A stretch of DNA of 64,000 bases from Raillietiella orientalis (GCA_036172245.1 JAYWIR010000016.1:1488001-1552000), one strand, 5' to 3'; positions 36,701 through 51,700 are shown, counted from the first letter of the stretch. The notes: generated by a model from the sequence alone, not told the origin. Numbers and translations: made by a program.

Positions 36701-39700
36701 GATTCTCTTTCAAAGGGAGGAGAAAGGGAGCAACTTTGGCTCCAACGTTTACGCCAGAGGAAGAGGGAAAGCTCACCAGCCTTCTGAAGGAGAGGTAAAA
36801 AAGGAAGAGAAGAGAAAGAGGAAGGAAGGAAGAGGAGGCAACCGAAGTGAGGAGGAAGATGCTTCAAGAGGCTTGGTTCATTACATTCGCTGCTCACCCT
36901 TCCAGTTCGAACCTCTGCGACGGGAACCATTAAGACTGGTGACGTGGCACGTAGAACGTACGGGTTGAATTTGCTGGTGATGGGTTGATGGCTCCAAAGC
37001 TCTGGAGGCCATCATCAACGGATGGCCATCACTAGGCTATCCCGTCTGCGTGAGCTGATCGGATGGACTGCGAAGATCGACCTAATAGGGTCTTCCCAAT
37101 CGAGAGAGTGTTTCGGTCCGCGGACAAAGCTCAGACACGCATGTGAGAGTGCACGTTCCTTCCTTCCTTCCCTATCTCTTGCGCCCGTACCTATTGGAAC
37201 AAGGCTCTGGAAAATGACGCTTCCAGCCTCGGAAGCTGCGGCGTGAAGGCAAACAGCAGCGCAGTGAGATGTTCCGGCGAGGATGCAGTTACCGTTTCCG
37301 GGGGAGGGAGCTGAGGTCGGGAGAGACGGGGAAGGGTGCTGGGGAGCACATCACCAACGGTGGCACATGAGGTGGAACCGGTCGTGGCAGCGCTCTACGG
37401 CGCTAACGGAGAGTGCCTTTAGACACTCTCCTAGCCGCTTGTATCGCCTCAGCGAGTGATTCCGTCACAGCCCCTCCCTTCTTTCCCCCCCTTGCGGTGA
37501 GAAGGTTCTCGGCAGAGAGGTTAGGAAACCTTCGGGAGCCAATGGTCGAGGTGGGTCCCCGTAGAGCCATCGGCGGACAGCCACCCGCAAGGAGTGAGTT
37601 CGCTCCCTTTCTCTTTCTTCCTCCCTCTCCAGAGGCAGGAAACTCCTTTGTCAGTAGTCAGCTCTTCCCCACGGTCCCTGCAGCTCAGCTTTTCCTGGTC
37701 GTTTCGCGGGCGCCCGTTCTTCTCTTTCCATCTTCTTCTGCTGGAGGTCTCAATCCATCGAACTCCATCAAACGGCGCCCTCTGGAGGCTGAGTGCGTCG
37801 CCTCCGTCTCCTCCCGCTGTGTCCCAAGCAGCAGGAGATCCAGGTGGATCGGGAAGGAGAGATGTGCTCGCTATTTTTAGAGCGCCACTGGCTCCCATGG
37901 CATCCCCCAAAGAAAAGATCTGCTTCTCGCCGGAGGACGCATCTGGCGGAGCTCACGAAGAGGAACCCGCGAGAGCGAAAACCCTGGGAGAGAGGGAAAG
38001 AAGTCGGGGGAGGGAGGGAGAGCGCTCAGGAAGACGGACTGGGACGCTGCTGCCCTCTGCAGGAGTGCGCGGAAACGCGCCAGACGGTTGAGCGCGCGAC
38101 GAGGCGACGGGAGTTGAGGGCGATCCCAGCGACGGCGGGCAGAGGCAGGGAGCTCATCTCGAGAGAACCGTCGGGTGGAGGGAGGCGCGCGCTCCACTTG
38201 TGAGAGGGGAGCAGCCGAAGAGTGAAGAGGAAGGGAGGGAAGAACGCGCTCTCTCTCCTGAGAGCACGGGAGATGATGAGGGCGTCGAGAGGCGGAGGCG
38301 AAAGGAGCGACCGTCCAAGCAACGTCGGGATTCCCTCTTCCGGGAGACGAGGGTTTGGATATGCCTCTGTCGCCACTCGTTCTCTTTCCAGGAGCTGCGT
38401 CTCGTGTGCTTCGGACCTCAAGTTTCCAGGGTTCCTGAATGGCTGAAGTACGGTTTCCTGTTCCGGGAGGATTCATCGCCACTCTCGTATGGGCTTCTGG
38501 CTCCAAGGACGCCCGCCCGGGGCCTGCTATCGATGGTCCAGGCCTACTTCTTGAAGCATCTGCTCTTCGGCAGAGATTTTCCGGGATCCAAAGGAAGGGA
38601 GCCGTAAGAACTGCAAGGGGAAAAGGGGAAAGGGAGGAAGGGGAGAAGGAATCAGTGGTAGAAGGTGAGGCACACTCCAAGCTTCCCGCTGGCGGGCGCC
38701 GTGCCTTTGGGCTTCGGGAGCAAAAGAACAAATGCAAGAAGCGGGGAGAGATAAGGAGCGCAGAATCGGTGTCCCTTCCCCTTTCTCCGTGACAGGGGGA
38801 GGAGAATTTAGCCAGGGAGGCTCCGCAAGACCTTGGAATGCTAGAATGGGGGTGGGGAAGAGGTAGGAGTGGGTTGAAGGGGAAGGAACGCACGCTTGCC
38901 GTTCCTTCGTTTCGCTCTGCAACGCGACATCAGCTCGTTGGGGGTCCTCATCTTGTGAAATAGTGCCTAGGAAACGCTCCAGAAGCAGAGTGCAGCAGCA
39001 GCAATAACAGGAAAAAAGAACAAGGCGCAGAAGAGAAGATGAAGAAGAACGGATGAGGAGGAGGAAGGGAGGAAAGAAGAAGAAAGGAAGGGGGAGGAGA
39101 AAACTCCAAAAGAAAAGAACGGAGTTCCACTGGCACGGTCCGCACACCAACTCAAGGGAACGTCGCTTTTCCTTCCTCGTCTCGAAAGCCCCCCCTCGCA
39201 GAAGGTCCGCGTCCTCTCTCGCTTTTCCCTTATCGAGACAAGAGGTAAATCTGTCAGAGAAGGAAGAGTCGAAAGAAACGTATGTTGGCAACTTCCGATT
39301 GCATACGAATCAGGGGTGGCCAGAGACACAGCCACGGGGTCTCGGGGTGCTCCAGAAGGAAGGCGTTTTGGGCGCCTCCGGCTCCAGATCTGCTGCGTCG
39401 ACGTGTTCCCCGTGTTTTCCTGGCCGGGGTCTCTGCGCCTCGTCAGAGCGCGGATCCCCTTCTGCTGCTGGTCCCCCGTGGAAGGGCAACCAGCGGCGAT
39501 CACTGTGAGATGCCGCATTTGGGCGGACGCGCCATCTAACAATCATCGGCATTGCGTCGATGACACTCCGCGCACTCGGCGATCGGCGGACAGAAGAGAG
39601 GTGAACGCCATCTCCGCCCATTCCCCTGCAATGTGCCACGAGGAGACCGCCGGGACGGCAACAGACCTGTCCGATAGCGGCTGGCGGCAAGGCACTTTGG

Positions 39701-42700
39701 TTTCAAGAGCGTCCCGCCAATCCTTTTTCCGAAGCATCTGCGTTCCTCCTCACCTTTTCTCTCGAGTGGTGCTTCTCGAGAGAGAAGGACCGCGCCTTCC
39801 GAGACAAATTACCCTGCAGGCGCCGCCATCCAAGAAGGTTCGCGTGCCGCTGCGTGAAATGGGGTGCCCAGGAGCGAAGGATATGATTGGAGTGGTCCAA
39901 ATGCTCGTCTCCGCCTCACGAACATCGATCTCGGGCTGCCATCACTGGCACCGCGCTGAAGAAGGGTCGTGAGCGTGACCTCTTGAAGCCGAGCACCTCC
40001 TCCGGCACGATCCCACCCCATAAAAGGGCACGCACCGGCTCTTCGAATCCGCGTCCCTTTCGCAGCACCATGTCCACGCCATCGAATTTTTTTGGAAGCG
40101 CCTAGGATGAGCAGGAGGAGGGAAAGTGGTAGCCTTCGCGTCGCTCCCTCTTTTCCATGGTTGCTAGATCGCAAAACCGCGCGCCTATTGTCCCCGGGGA
40201 ACTCATCCTCGCAGCGCAGAGCTACTCCGCTGCCATCCCCCGTCGTCTGCTCCACTCGTTGGTCCATTCTGGGTCTTCTCTGTTCCCCTTCGCACAAGCA
40301 TCTCTCTCCCTCCTTCTCTCGCTGACAATGTTTCGTGTTGCACACGATGGCCTTGCAGGGCAGGAAACGTTCTAGTGCTTTCCTGCTTAGAAGGCGATCC
40401 TTCCTTCCATTCCTGCAGAGTTCATCCTGAAAGGAGCACACCGCGGACAGGAAGGGTTTTCCTCTTTTCTTCTGGTTCTCAAGAAGTCCTGAAGAACCGC
40501 TCGCTTCCTCAGGAGGGCTTCGGAAAGAATTAACGATGCCGCCACATGGAAGGCCACAAAGCTCTTTAACGCCAATGTGTTAATGGTGCTGGTGGCTCAG
40601 CTAGGGGTAACCCCGTAGAGACCACCCAATCAATCCAGGAAGGCTCCGAAGGAAGGAGTCTATTCCTCTCTTACTCCTGGGAATCTCTTCCTTATTTTTT
40701 CCGGAGGGAACCCGGAGAAGAAATTTCCTCTCTTTGTTTCCTACTCTGAAGAGAACTCCGAAGTAACGCTTCCCATTTTTTTCTGAAGGGCTCTCCCCGA
40801 AGGGAGAAGCGCGCTTCCGGCACTCTGAAGAGGAACCCCCGAAAGGGGTGAATCAGCTCCATGGAACGCAATGGGGATCCCCCTGCAGGGAGGCACCGGC
40901 TCCATTTTTCACAACTGAAGTTCCGGAATTCCAGAAAGGGTCCCAGAGGGTCGACTTCCAGTCCCGGCCAGTCAGCAGGAGCATCCGGGGGATTCTGGCT
41001 TTCACCGTTCCGCATTTCCCCGTGGGCCATCCTGCGGGGGGGAAATCGAAACCCACGACGCACCCCGCGTATTCTGGGCGTCGATCCCCCACGTGGGAAT
41101 TCGAACGACGTTGGGTGCGAAGCGAGGAGACCGCAGACACGCCCCCCCCCTCCTTCGGGTTGTCGTCGGCAGACCGTCTGCAACCTCCCGTGAGGGTGGG
41201 GTGTCTTCCCCTCATCCCTGGCCTTCACGGTGGGATTCGAACCCGCTACGCCAGGTGCCGCTCGCGGCAACCGCAGCCACACGGGGCCGCCGACGAGGGG
41301 GTTCAAGAGGTAACCCTGCGCTGGCCTCGTTTCATTCTGACCTGGTCTGAGTCCCCAGTCGTTTGTTCCTCTCCCCCTTTCTCCCCGACTTCTGCGGAAG
41401 CGTGGTGGCAGAGCGAACTCGATCGTCTTTCGTTCTGAGCGGCTTCCGCTGCCATGGCGACGGCGCCCGGATCGGGTTCTGCTTCGACGATCCTCTTCAA
41501 GACGACAAGGGAAAAGAAAAAAAGACTTGAATTTTGCATCGATGGCGAGCGGCGAGGAGCCAATCCAAATTACGCAGCAGTCAGAAATGTCGGAGCAACC
41601 GGCGAGGGGATTGCGAAGCGAGCAAAACCGGGAATCTGAACGATGCCAGGATGCCCTGAGTTTTCTGGTTGCAGAAACCTCTCGAGGGAAGGAATCCTCC
41701 TCCCGAGTTCCAAGTCCAGAGAAAGGGGAAAATGTAACCAGCACAAGTTTAGGGGATGACTCCAGAGATTCCGCAGAGCGTCGGACGAAGTCCGGGATCG
41801 TTCAAGGCGACGTTTCTTGCCAACGGCAAATAACCCTTTTGTTCCATTCGAACCTCCGGACGTTATGGAGCCTGCAGAACGGCAGCGCCCCCGACGCGTG
41901 CAGGCACACGGTGAAAGCCCGAGAGAACGCGAAATGCACAATCCGACGAATGATGAAGATGGCCACGCGTGCAGAGAACACTCGCAGGATGTGTGTCGCG
42001 AGCGAAGTGTAGGGGCGGCGTGTGATACGCTTGCCCTCTTTCAAACACGAATCGCGCGTTAATTCGGGTACCATTTCGCGGTCACTGGTTTTCTTGTTCG
42101 CGGACGACCATCTGAATAAGGGAAGCCCTCCGCGACTCCCCGTACAAAGCAACTCTTACTTCACGTTTCCCAGAGCAGCTCGAAGCGCTGGCCGTCCTCC
42201 TCCTCAAAGAGCTCCAGATTCCCCATCGTGCGCGCCCACTGCTCGGAGGAAGGGGGCTTGTGTCTCTGGCGAAGGAGCGTCCAGCCGAAGGTGCCCCTTC
42301 TCCTGGTGTCAGCCGCGTGCTTGCACTCGCTTGGCCACCGTGAGGCCGTGGACGCGAACCGTGTGCCACGCACAGGTTCAAAAGGAAAATGCTGACCTGT
42401 CCATGGAACTGCGGGTTTCCCGCGGTGAAACTGCGCTCCCCAAGCGCCCAGCTGCTTTGCCGGAGCTCCTGTTGATCCCACCGAATGATCTCGCAAAGAG
42501 TCGTGGCGATTGCAGGCAGGCCTGGCCGACATGGCGCCGCTTGCTTGGTGCGTTACCTTGGTGATCCGCGTCGCATGCCGGGCAGCGGGATTGTTGTCCG
42601 CCATTACAAAACCCCTATGCAGAGCCATGCTACATCGAATGCGGACCAGCAGATGTCAGCAGCTGCTTTCTCATCGCGCGATCTGGGAGGCAGCTTTGCG

Positions 42701-45700
42701 TGTTCGCTCCCAGGGCACACAAGTCCTTGGAGAAAACACTTGAAAGCCAAGCATGGAGCTCGATCCACTATTCGTCCAACACACAAAGGATGGGAGCACA
42801 GTTCCGAATCCATCCACAGCTTTGGGAAGTAGTTTTTCGAAACCTCCTGCTTCAAGGTGGACAACAAATAAATATCGACTGCCTGCTCAGCGCATTTGTC
42901 CACCCGTAGAGAGACAGATAGAAGGTTTTTTTTTTCTTTCTTTCTAGTTTGCAGTTTGTAAAAAGATTCGGATGTGGTGCGTCAAGATGTTTATGCGGTT
43001 AAGTAAGAAGAGTGGGTCAGCTACGCTGGCTCGGTCACCCGTGGCTTCCACGGATGCTTTCAGCGGCGCACGGAGTGTTCCGCGGCCCCTGTCCAGAATG
43101 CAAATGCGAGATCAGTAGGTGATCGCAGCCACCTTCTCGGGCACTCTGGCACCGGGTGCGGTTAGCTGAGCGGGAAGGAACGCACGGTCAGTGTCCCCGA
43201 AACGTTTTCGGTGGTGACGGGCCAAGGTACCAGCAGAGAGGTCGCCTCCCGTGGAAGCAGGGAATTTGTCTGCAGGCAGTGAGGAAATGATCGGAGGAAA
43301 CTGGTGGAAGCGAACGTAAGCGATCGCCGGCTGCTTGAGCACATGTGTTGGTCTGTCCACAACCTCCGGCAATGCGCTGCCCCGATGGGACCGACCATTC
43401 GCCACCAAAGGTGGCTGCAGTTTGTGAGCAGCACCTTCGTAGATTAGGCGGCTCACGGGTCCCTCAATGGGCGTGGAGCGAGCCCTGGACGACGTCTCCG
43501 CGCTTGCTTTCCTTGCTTCCGCCGCGAAGGTGGTGGTGGTGGTGGTGGGGGGGTCAGGTCGAGGGAGGAGGTTGAAACCCGAGTACGGGTCGCGCCCGGA
43601 GAGGGAGGCTTTCGAAAGAACCGAGCCGGGAGCATTCGAAGGGCGGTGTCCTCCTCCTTCGAGAAACCTTACGGTGGTCTCAGCGGTCCTGGAAAACTTT
43701 TTTTCCCCGGCCGTCGAAAAGTAACAACAACACACGGCAGTCTCCTCTCTTTTCTCTCCTCCTTCTCCCTACCCCACTAATAAACCCAAAAGAAAAACAA
43801 TAGGTGTGTGTGTGGTGGTGGTGGGGGGAACAGTGCTTTCATTTCTATTCCGTTCACTCCAGCAGTGCGTGCGTTAACGAGAGTTCACGACCCACTAAGG
43901 GATCACGAAAATCTCTTCAGTGGGTCGACAGGAAAGCAAGAGCAGCAGCGGGAAGATTCGGTCCTACCAGCACCGTCGTTCGGAGATCGAAGGAAACAAG
44001 GGAGAAAGGGATCTTGGGGAGGGCGCACGCGCTCCCCGAAGTGACGTCGTGAATTCGAAGCCAACGCCGATGCTTCTCGCGAACGGGCGTGGCTGCTGGT
44101 CACACGGTCGTTTTGAGGGAAAGGTCGAAGAATGGGGCGGTTGACGGCGTAGAGACCATGGAGCCCGACTGCTACTTCTTGCACCTCCCACGGGAGGTCC
44201 GCTGTCTTTCTTTCCGAGATGGGAGTTGCGGAAGGAAGCACGCGATCCGGAGGAGAAAGATGAATGTCATTCTACAGGATATGCCTGAGGGAGAAGGGAG
44301 TGAGTGGACCTTTTTTTTTTGTGTGTGTGTGGGGTCGTCCGCGATGCGACCATCGCTCGGCTGGTGGTGTGTGGGCAGAGCATTTCAGGGTCTTTGTGCC
44401 CGCTTTCCCTCTTCCTCACCTGACGACGTAATATTCTGACCCCCCCCCCCCCTTCTTGGGATATGAGTGGGAGAACAATGCGAACAATAGCATCAGAAAG
44501 CTCATTCATACATGAGTTGTTGTCGTCGTCAATGCTGCTGCTTCTGATTTGTTCTCGTGAATTCCTTCCACGCCGCGCCCTGCAAGATTTCCAGGAGCTC
44601 GAGGTTTTCTGCCCCACCCGTCCTTGGCACCACGGCGGGTGCCGTCGGGAACATGCACGAAGGAAACTGGAGCTTGCAGCCCACACCTTCAGAGGAAAAG
44701 GCTACCGCCTGCACACGGGACCAGCAGCAGGGCGGCCACGTCAGAAGCCTCGGCTCGCGGTCCAAACACTGCGTTTCGGAGGAGCTCGAAGGAGATGATG
44801 AGCGGCGAAGGAATTCTTCCGATCGGATCGCCTTCCTACCTGAGAACTATGATCCCAGTAAGGGGCTTTCGAGAGCTTCTTTCCGGGATCTTCTCCCAAA
44901 CCGAGCCTTTAGGAGCTTTCCGTAGTACGAGTGGGTGATTTGCTGCTGGAAGGGAAATTTGGAGAAAAGATCGATACCGACGATGAGACTAGGAAGAGGA
45001 GGAGGAGAAAAGGAGGAGGAGGAGGGAAAAAAAGGAAGAAGGAGAGGAAGAGGAAAGGAAGAGGAAGAGAAGGAGGAGAAAGGGAGAAGGAGAAGTAGGA
45101 GGAAGAAGGAGAGGAGGAGGAAGAAGGAGAGGAAGAGGAAAGGAAGAGGAAGAGAAGGAGGAGAAAGGGAGAAGGAGAAGTAGGAGGAAGAAGGAGAGGA
45201 GGAGGAAGAAGGAGAGGAAGAGGAAAGGAAGAGGAAGAGAAGGAGGAGAAAGGGAGAAGGAGAAGTAGGAGGAAGAAGGAGAGGAGGAGGAAGAAGGAGA
45301 GGAGGAGGAAGAAGGAGAGGAGGAGGAAGGAATATTCTGTTCCAAAGGTCAAGAAGGCATTCGGAGTCGGTTCACCTCCGTTGACCTGGGAAGGTCCCTC
45401 TTCTGTCCACCCCCTCACCACTGATTGTGGAGTCGCGGACGAGACAACCAATGTCAACGTTCTAGGAAGTCGCCTCTTCCCGGGGTAGGGCGATTCCTCG
45501 TTTTCACGGAAAGAGATCGCTCGCGTGGGGGATGATGGCCCCGCGCTTGTGCCTAGCCTCCCCACGGACCATACCCTATCCTCCCGTCCATCTTCAAGCT
45601 TTCTGCCCCCTCGATCTCCCGCCCACACCGCCAAGAGGAGCGGATGAGTAGCAGGAGACGAGTACGGGTGTCCCCCTAACAGTCCCTCTCAGAAGAGGAT

Positions 45701-48700
45701 CAGGAGGGACGCCTGGGTGCTGCATCCCTGCTGGAGAGTCCTTTCCGAGACGGGTTGCCGTCGGCCTCATCCCTAGGGCCCATGGGGAGTCCTCTGAGTC
45801 GGTGCCGCACGCGCGTTCCTGTCTTCCGCTCGCTCTCATCAGTCCATCGACCCTCTCCTTGGCCTACAGGGGAACCGTGTTTCCAGCTCTCCTCCTGGAG
45901 TCAGTAGGGGGGAGAGAGGCATTCTGTTTTCTCGGCGCAGAGGGAGGAGCTCAAAGCGGGAGGGCACCCTTCCCCACCTGCTCTCCGAGACCTGCTTTTT
46001 CCATTGTCTGCTTCTGCTTTCCAGGAAGGACCGGCTGCAACCCAGCAAGGCAGCCCAGCACTTCTTCCTGGCTTGCGCCATCAAGGACGTCCTCTGGAAG
46101 ATCTCTAGCAGGTGCAAGCAGGAGTGCGTCGTGGCGCTTTGCAGGGACACCCCGTCCTTGGTCCCCGACGACGACGGGACTTACGTAGCGGACGGCTGCA
46201 CGGAAAAGGTAGCCCTGCTCGAGGAAGGGGGTTTCCCTGGGCTGACCTTCCGGAAAACGGGATCAGGGGTCCACTTGCTTCCCCATCCCTCCGTCCTCTT
46301 CCCTTCTATCCCCTCTCCGTCGCCTCCTCAGGCCCACATACCACGCGGATCCGATGGAACACTATTGGCTCCTTCCGTCCCAGCCTTCCCTCGAAGGCGG
46401 TGGCAGGGACTAAAGGGGAAGGAGCGCGCGGTCCACCTCTTTAGTGTTTCCTCCTGTTCCTGCTTTCCTAAATTCCGCCTTCCGCCTGATTCCCCTCCTC
46501 TCCTCCGCCCTTCCTCCCGCCTCCTCCCTCCTGGAGCCGCTTGCTCCTCCTGAGGCTCCCTCTGCCGGTTCTCAACCGGAGTCCTTGCATTGAACTCGGC
46601 TCATCTCAGGGTAGGGCGCAGCCACGCTTCCTGCTTCCTCTCCCATCTCCCCCTTTACTCTTTTAATTCGCCGAGCCCGAGGAAGGTAGGAAGGGCCCGC
46701 CATTCTTGGAGCTGGCGTAGTCCCGGGAGCTTCCCGGACCTTCGGAGAGAGCAGGAGGATGCGCTCCGAAGGGGTGCTGCCAGCCAGCTGACCTGGTCCG
46801 GTCTCAGCACCAGGGAGCGTAGAGTCACCTCTGCCCGCAATCCAAATGCCCACGCTCTCGGTTGGAGGTCGTTCACCTGAGCCGGCGTCGATCCTTGACT
46901 CAGGCGCATGGGGGCTTCCTAGGGCTACCTCGAGGGATGACGAGCGGATCCCTTGACCTTAGGATGTCCACTGTGCCTGTGACGGAAGAGGACCTCGGGC
47001 GCACTTCAGGCTCCGAGTTGTTCAGGCTCGCCCTGTCTGTGCCCTGGGTCAGGACTTTGGCGCGCGCTCTCGCCCTTACAGGCAGAGGAGCCTCAGGATG
47101 AAGGAGAGGGGGCGCTGAGCTTCATCCCCACTCACAGAGCCTCCCTGCATCTTCCTGTCGCAGCTGGACCACGCATCCCGCGCATTTTTCCATCCTCCTC
47201 GGTCCGTCCGCCTGAGCCCTCCTGACCTGTCAGAAGCCTCTGGGGCGCAGAAGGGCGTCCTTCTAGATCACCTCAACCCTTAATCTTGAGGCTCTACCCC
47301 AGCCTCTCGGCCTCCTCCAGGAAGCGGAAGACCTTAATCCTGGAAGCTGCACGGGAGAGATCGGTCTCCCGGAGGATGAGCGATCCTCCGCGGATGCTGG
47401 AGCTCCCTCCCTGCGGGCGGAGAACACGTGGGAAGAAGAGCGTCCACGGTTCGCGCGCGCGTGGGGTCGGGCGGCCCTCCAAAGATGGCGACTCTCCCGC
47501 GTACTTTCGAATGGGGATGGTCCTGATACGGCAGCCCAAAGTCTCGGAGCACCGCGGTTTCTCCTACGAAGGGAAGGTTCCTGCCAGACCTCCAGCCGAC
47601 AGGGGCTTCGATCCGGTGAGGGGTGGAGTTTCCTCGGAGGCGCACCGCTGCTTCCCCTTATTCCCGCTGGAGGACGCCACCGGCGTTCCTCCTGACGTTG
47701 GGTTCCTACTGGGGCCGCTGGAGCGCGTCGAGATGGCGGGCGAGGCGGCACAACCGGGAGGGCCCGCAGCAGGAAAGTAGGGCCTCGGATGGGGCGAGGA
47801 GACAAGAGAGGGGGGAAGGAAGATGTTCTTTCCCCTTCATCCAGATGCTCCAGAGAGGATTCCCTGCTCCCTCCTGCCTGGAAGGGAGAGACACCTCTCT
47901 CCCCGCCGACCACGAGTACACCCCGAGGGCCTTGGCCCGTGGCTCTTTCCCGGAGGATGTGCCCACCACAGTCTCTCTCCTTCTCGGGTCTAGAGAGCAC
48001 CTCGCTTCCCGAAACATCCCGAAGAAGAGTAGGGATGACACCCTCAGGACGTCTCGGAGGAGCGGAGCCTCTGTTCTTCGAGGGGCATCGCCCCTCATGC
48101 CGGATCCCACCTTCTGTCCCAACTCGGCTGAATTGGTGTGGTCCAAGGAAGCGCTGCAGCCCTCCTCACGTCACCTTCTCAACCTTTGCTCCAGGAATCG
48201 GTGGTTTGGGGAGGAGCTGCCTGCGGAGGCAAAGGGCTGTGGACCACGAGCGGGCCGGTCAGAGCCGTCTCCATGACAAATTCACTCCCAGATGCTTCTC
48301 GCCACCAATCTGAACCTTTCTTTACATGCGTCTCCCGTTACAGTTCCCGCATCCCTCGTTTGCCCGCGGCGAAAGCACGTTATCCTGGCAACCGGTCCCC
48401 TCTCTGAGCTTGCTCGGTGCCCGTCGCTCTCGTGGGCAAAGTGGGACCGAAGAAGGAAGCAGAATGCCTCTCTCGGCTTCTCCTGAGCACCGCTTCGCTG
48501 AGGGTGTGCCAAGACCGCCACCAATGCTCTCCCCGGGCCATGGCGCTGGACCACAGATGAGCAGCGGGCAAACCTTTGCGTATCCACGAGCAGGGGTCCC
48601 TCTCACCCATCATCACGAATGGGGAGGGGGAAGCAGTCGATCGACAAAACCCCCCGAAGAAGCTCGAAAGGGAAGGCAGGAAGGCAGGATGACCTTCAGA

Positions 48701-51700
48701 GAAGGGACTCGAGTGAGGAGGGGTCCTCCCCCCGTCCTCTCTAGGGCCCGCGAGTGATCGGCGGCGCCCTTCCCTCCTTCCTGCATTTGTCCTCCTCCGA
48801 CTGTTCGCCCAGATCGCACGCGGGACGGGTATCCCGAGGGTCGCCTTAGGGAGCACCTCTCCTTTCCCTCTCCCGCTGGCGTACTCCGGTTTCTAGGGCG
48901 ACTGGCCGTGCCACGCTCCCCTTCCTCTCTTAGCAGGAGGGAAAGGCAGCTTCAGTCCCTTTACATGGGTGCACCCCTCCCAGAGCGAAGGAGGCGCGAA
49001 GAGAGGGGATGGAATGAACGACCGAATGTCAGCACCTGCGCAGCCTCCAGCACCACCTCCAGGATCCTTCCTGGAGGCGAGCGGCTTCCCCGTTCCGCTG
49101 GAGGAGGAGAACTGCCGTTTCTCTCCCTCCGCCCGGATGAAGGTGGGCCGCTCCGGCAAGGCCTGAAACCGGCTCGTCGTGCAGCGGGGAGTCTCGGGCG
49201 CACCTCCCCTCGCTCCAGGCCCTCTCGCATGACTTGGTTCCTTCTCCATCCCTTCCTCCCTTCCCCCCTCCCCTACCTCGAGACCTTCCAATTCGTTCTG
49301 CACGCTGCGCAGATGATGTTCTTCAGGTTCTCCGACGAGGACAACATCCAGAGATTCCTGGAGCAGAACATCGAAAAAGTAAAGAAAGGGGGAGGAGGGG
49401 TGGGAGGAGGCATACTTCGTGGGCGCTGACGGACGCCGGGTGCGGGCGGCGTTTCAGTTCACCGAGGAGAGGGGATGCGGGCTGCTGATGTTCCTGTACA
49501 GCTTGGTGATGTCCAAAACGACGGACAGGTTCGTAGACTTCCGGGGAGGGGAAGGAGGGAGAAGTCCCTAGCAATCCCGCCGCTGCCCCACCCTTTCCCT
49601 TCCCCCGGGGGAAATCCTCTTGAGGGGGAAAGGTGGAGCGGACTCGACTGCCCCTCTCCCTCCAGACCGCTACTCCTACTGGAGACCCTAGGCTCCGTTT
49701 GCTGTCCCCCTTTTCATCCCCCCCTTTCATCGCCCCGTTTCCTCCCCTTCCGGCCAGCCGGGGAGGAAAGTTTTTCGAAGTCCCCAGGAGGTCGCCACCA
49801 TCATCCTTCCCTTCGATACTCCTTCGTTCCTCCTGCTTCACAGCGGGGGAGGAGGCGCTCGCCAGCGGTAGCTACGGCAACCGGCTCCGCCAGCTCTCCC
49901 CTGCTCATCTGCTCTTCCCGGAACGCGGTCGTGGCTCTCGGTTCGAGCAGATCTTCCAGAACATGAGTCTTCCTCCACTCCTTCCACTCGCGTCCCCTCG
50001 CTTTTCCTCCTCCCTTCCTGCGTTCCGAAAACCCGGGAAGACTCCTGAAGGCTGCACGAACCGCGCGCTCGCCCCAGCTCGAGGGCTACTCGGAACCACC
50101 GCATTCCTCGGACGCGTTTTCAAGGAAATGCCTCACCTCCATGAGCGACTGGAGAGGGATCGGCGGAGTCGCGAGATCTTCATGCTCGGTGTTCCCGCGA
50201 AGACGTGCGCCTGAGGGGAGAAGAGAGAGACATTGCGGGAACCTGGAGCTTCCGGCCATGAACTGCCAGGCTCCTCGAATGGGAGCCTTCCGAGGAGGAA
50301 GCGAAGGAAGGCGGAGTGCTCCCTTCCAGTAGTCAAGGGATCTCCACCCTGCACCCTTCCTGGCAGCGGCAGGTCTCCAGAAAGGAACCTCCGGCACTGG
50401 GAGGCGCTCGCCTGCCTGCCGAGCTGCGCTTATCCACAGGAAATCCCGGCGGGCTCCCAAATGCAAAGATCCTCCGGTTCGAATCCCCTGGTACTTTGAG
50501 GGTTTTTTTCCTGGTGCGGAAGGTCCGCTGCGCCATCCTGAGACACCCGGATAATGGCTCCCCGAAGCGGCGGAGAGAGAACGGATGAGGAAACAACGGA
50601 GTCTCTTCTGAGGACGCGCCGCCGGGGTCGCTGGCTCGGTGATGCCCCTTATCCTCACCCTCGGGTCAGAGATGCAACTGTCTTTTCGCCAAAGGATCAC
50701 CCCTTTGTCGCCTGCGCGCTCCCTCTGCCGCCACCTGAGTCCTCGTGGCGCAGAAAAGGGACGTCGTTCACCGAGACTCCTGTAGTGGCCCGACCTCCGG
50801 TCGCCCTGCCGCTCGCCGAGGCTTGAAGCTGAGGTGAAGCGACTGACCGCGAGGTTCCGCCGCCCTCTGTTGAGGGGATTCTAGTAGGGAAGGGCGAGTA
50901 GACTAGGGAATGGATCAGTCTGATGCCCCCCTTCCTGTGGGAGAGAGACCGGTTCCTTGGAGGCTTGTTCGAGGATGTGGCCGACCTCTGAGGAAAGCGA
51001 GACGAGGAAGAGTAAGCAGGGAGCACTGTGAGCCCTCTCTCCCAATGGAGTCGACCCAAGGCGGGAACTTCCCTTTGTGAACTGCCCCTCCCTCCCCTTC
51101 TTCCCGAAACGGAAACGGAGTGCTCGGCGTTCCCTCAGGGAGAGGACGGGAAGCTTCATCGCACCCGAAGTCCCAATTGGTGGCGCCGCTCCATTACTGG
51201 AAGCCTGATCTGCCCCTGCCTATTCCTCGCTCGGTTGGCTTCGGACGGGTGGACGCATGCTGGGGATGACCTCCGCGCCGGAAGGTCATGCGGTCCCCAG
51301 TAAACCGGGAGGGGAAGGCTTCTCGCGTGAAGATGCAGGTAACCAGGCGATCTCGATTCGCTTCGTAAAAGGGGAAAATGGGGCTGAGGGAGGGAAGCGG
51401 CTGGCGGGATAGGGCTCGCAATCGGATGGAGGGAAGACCACAGTCTTCCTCCCTCCAGAGAAGGGCGACGCGCGAAGGGAGCGAAGCGGCTGGCGGGACA
51501 CTCGTTTGGAGCATCTTCGAGGTGGGTGGAAAGCGAGCGGCGGTTCCCGGAACGCGTCTCGGCGGAGTCCAGTCTCGGGAAGGGTTCAGAAGCTGACTGC
51601 TCGGCGGACATGTCGCCTGCAAATGCCGAGGATGGAGGGGGGACGGATGCTGCCCCCTCGGCGGCTCTGCGTCCGTGCGAGGACAGGGGGACCAGCCGCC

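Noticed and set aside
44909..45634. Poly-S/L/F and poly-E/R/K ORFs
   Set aside because: Translations of the purine tandem repeat.
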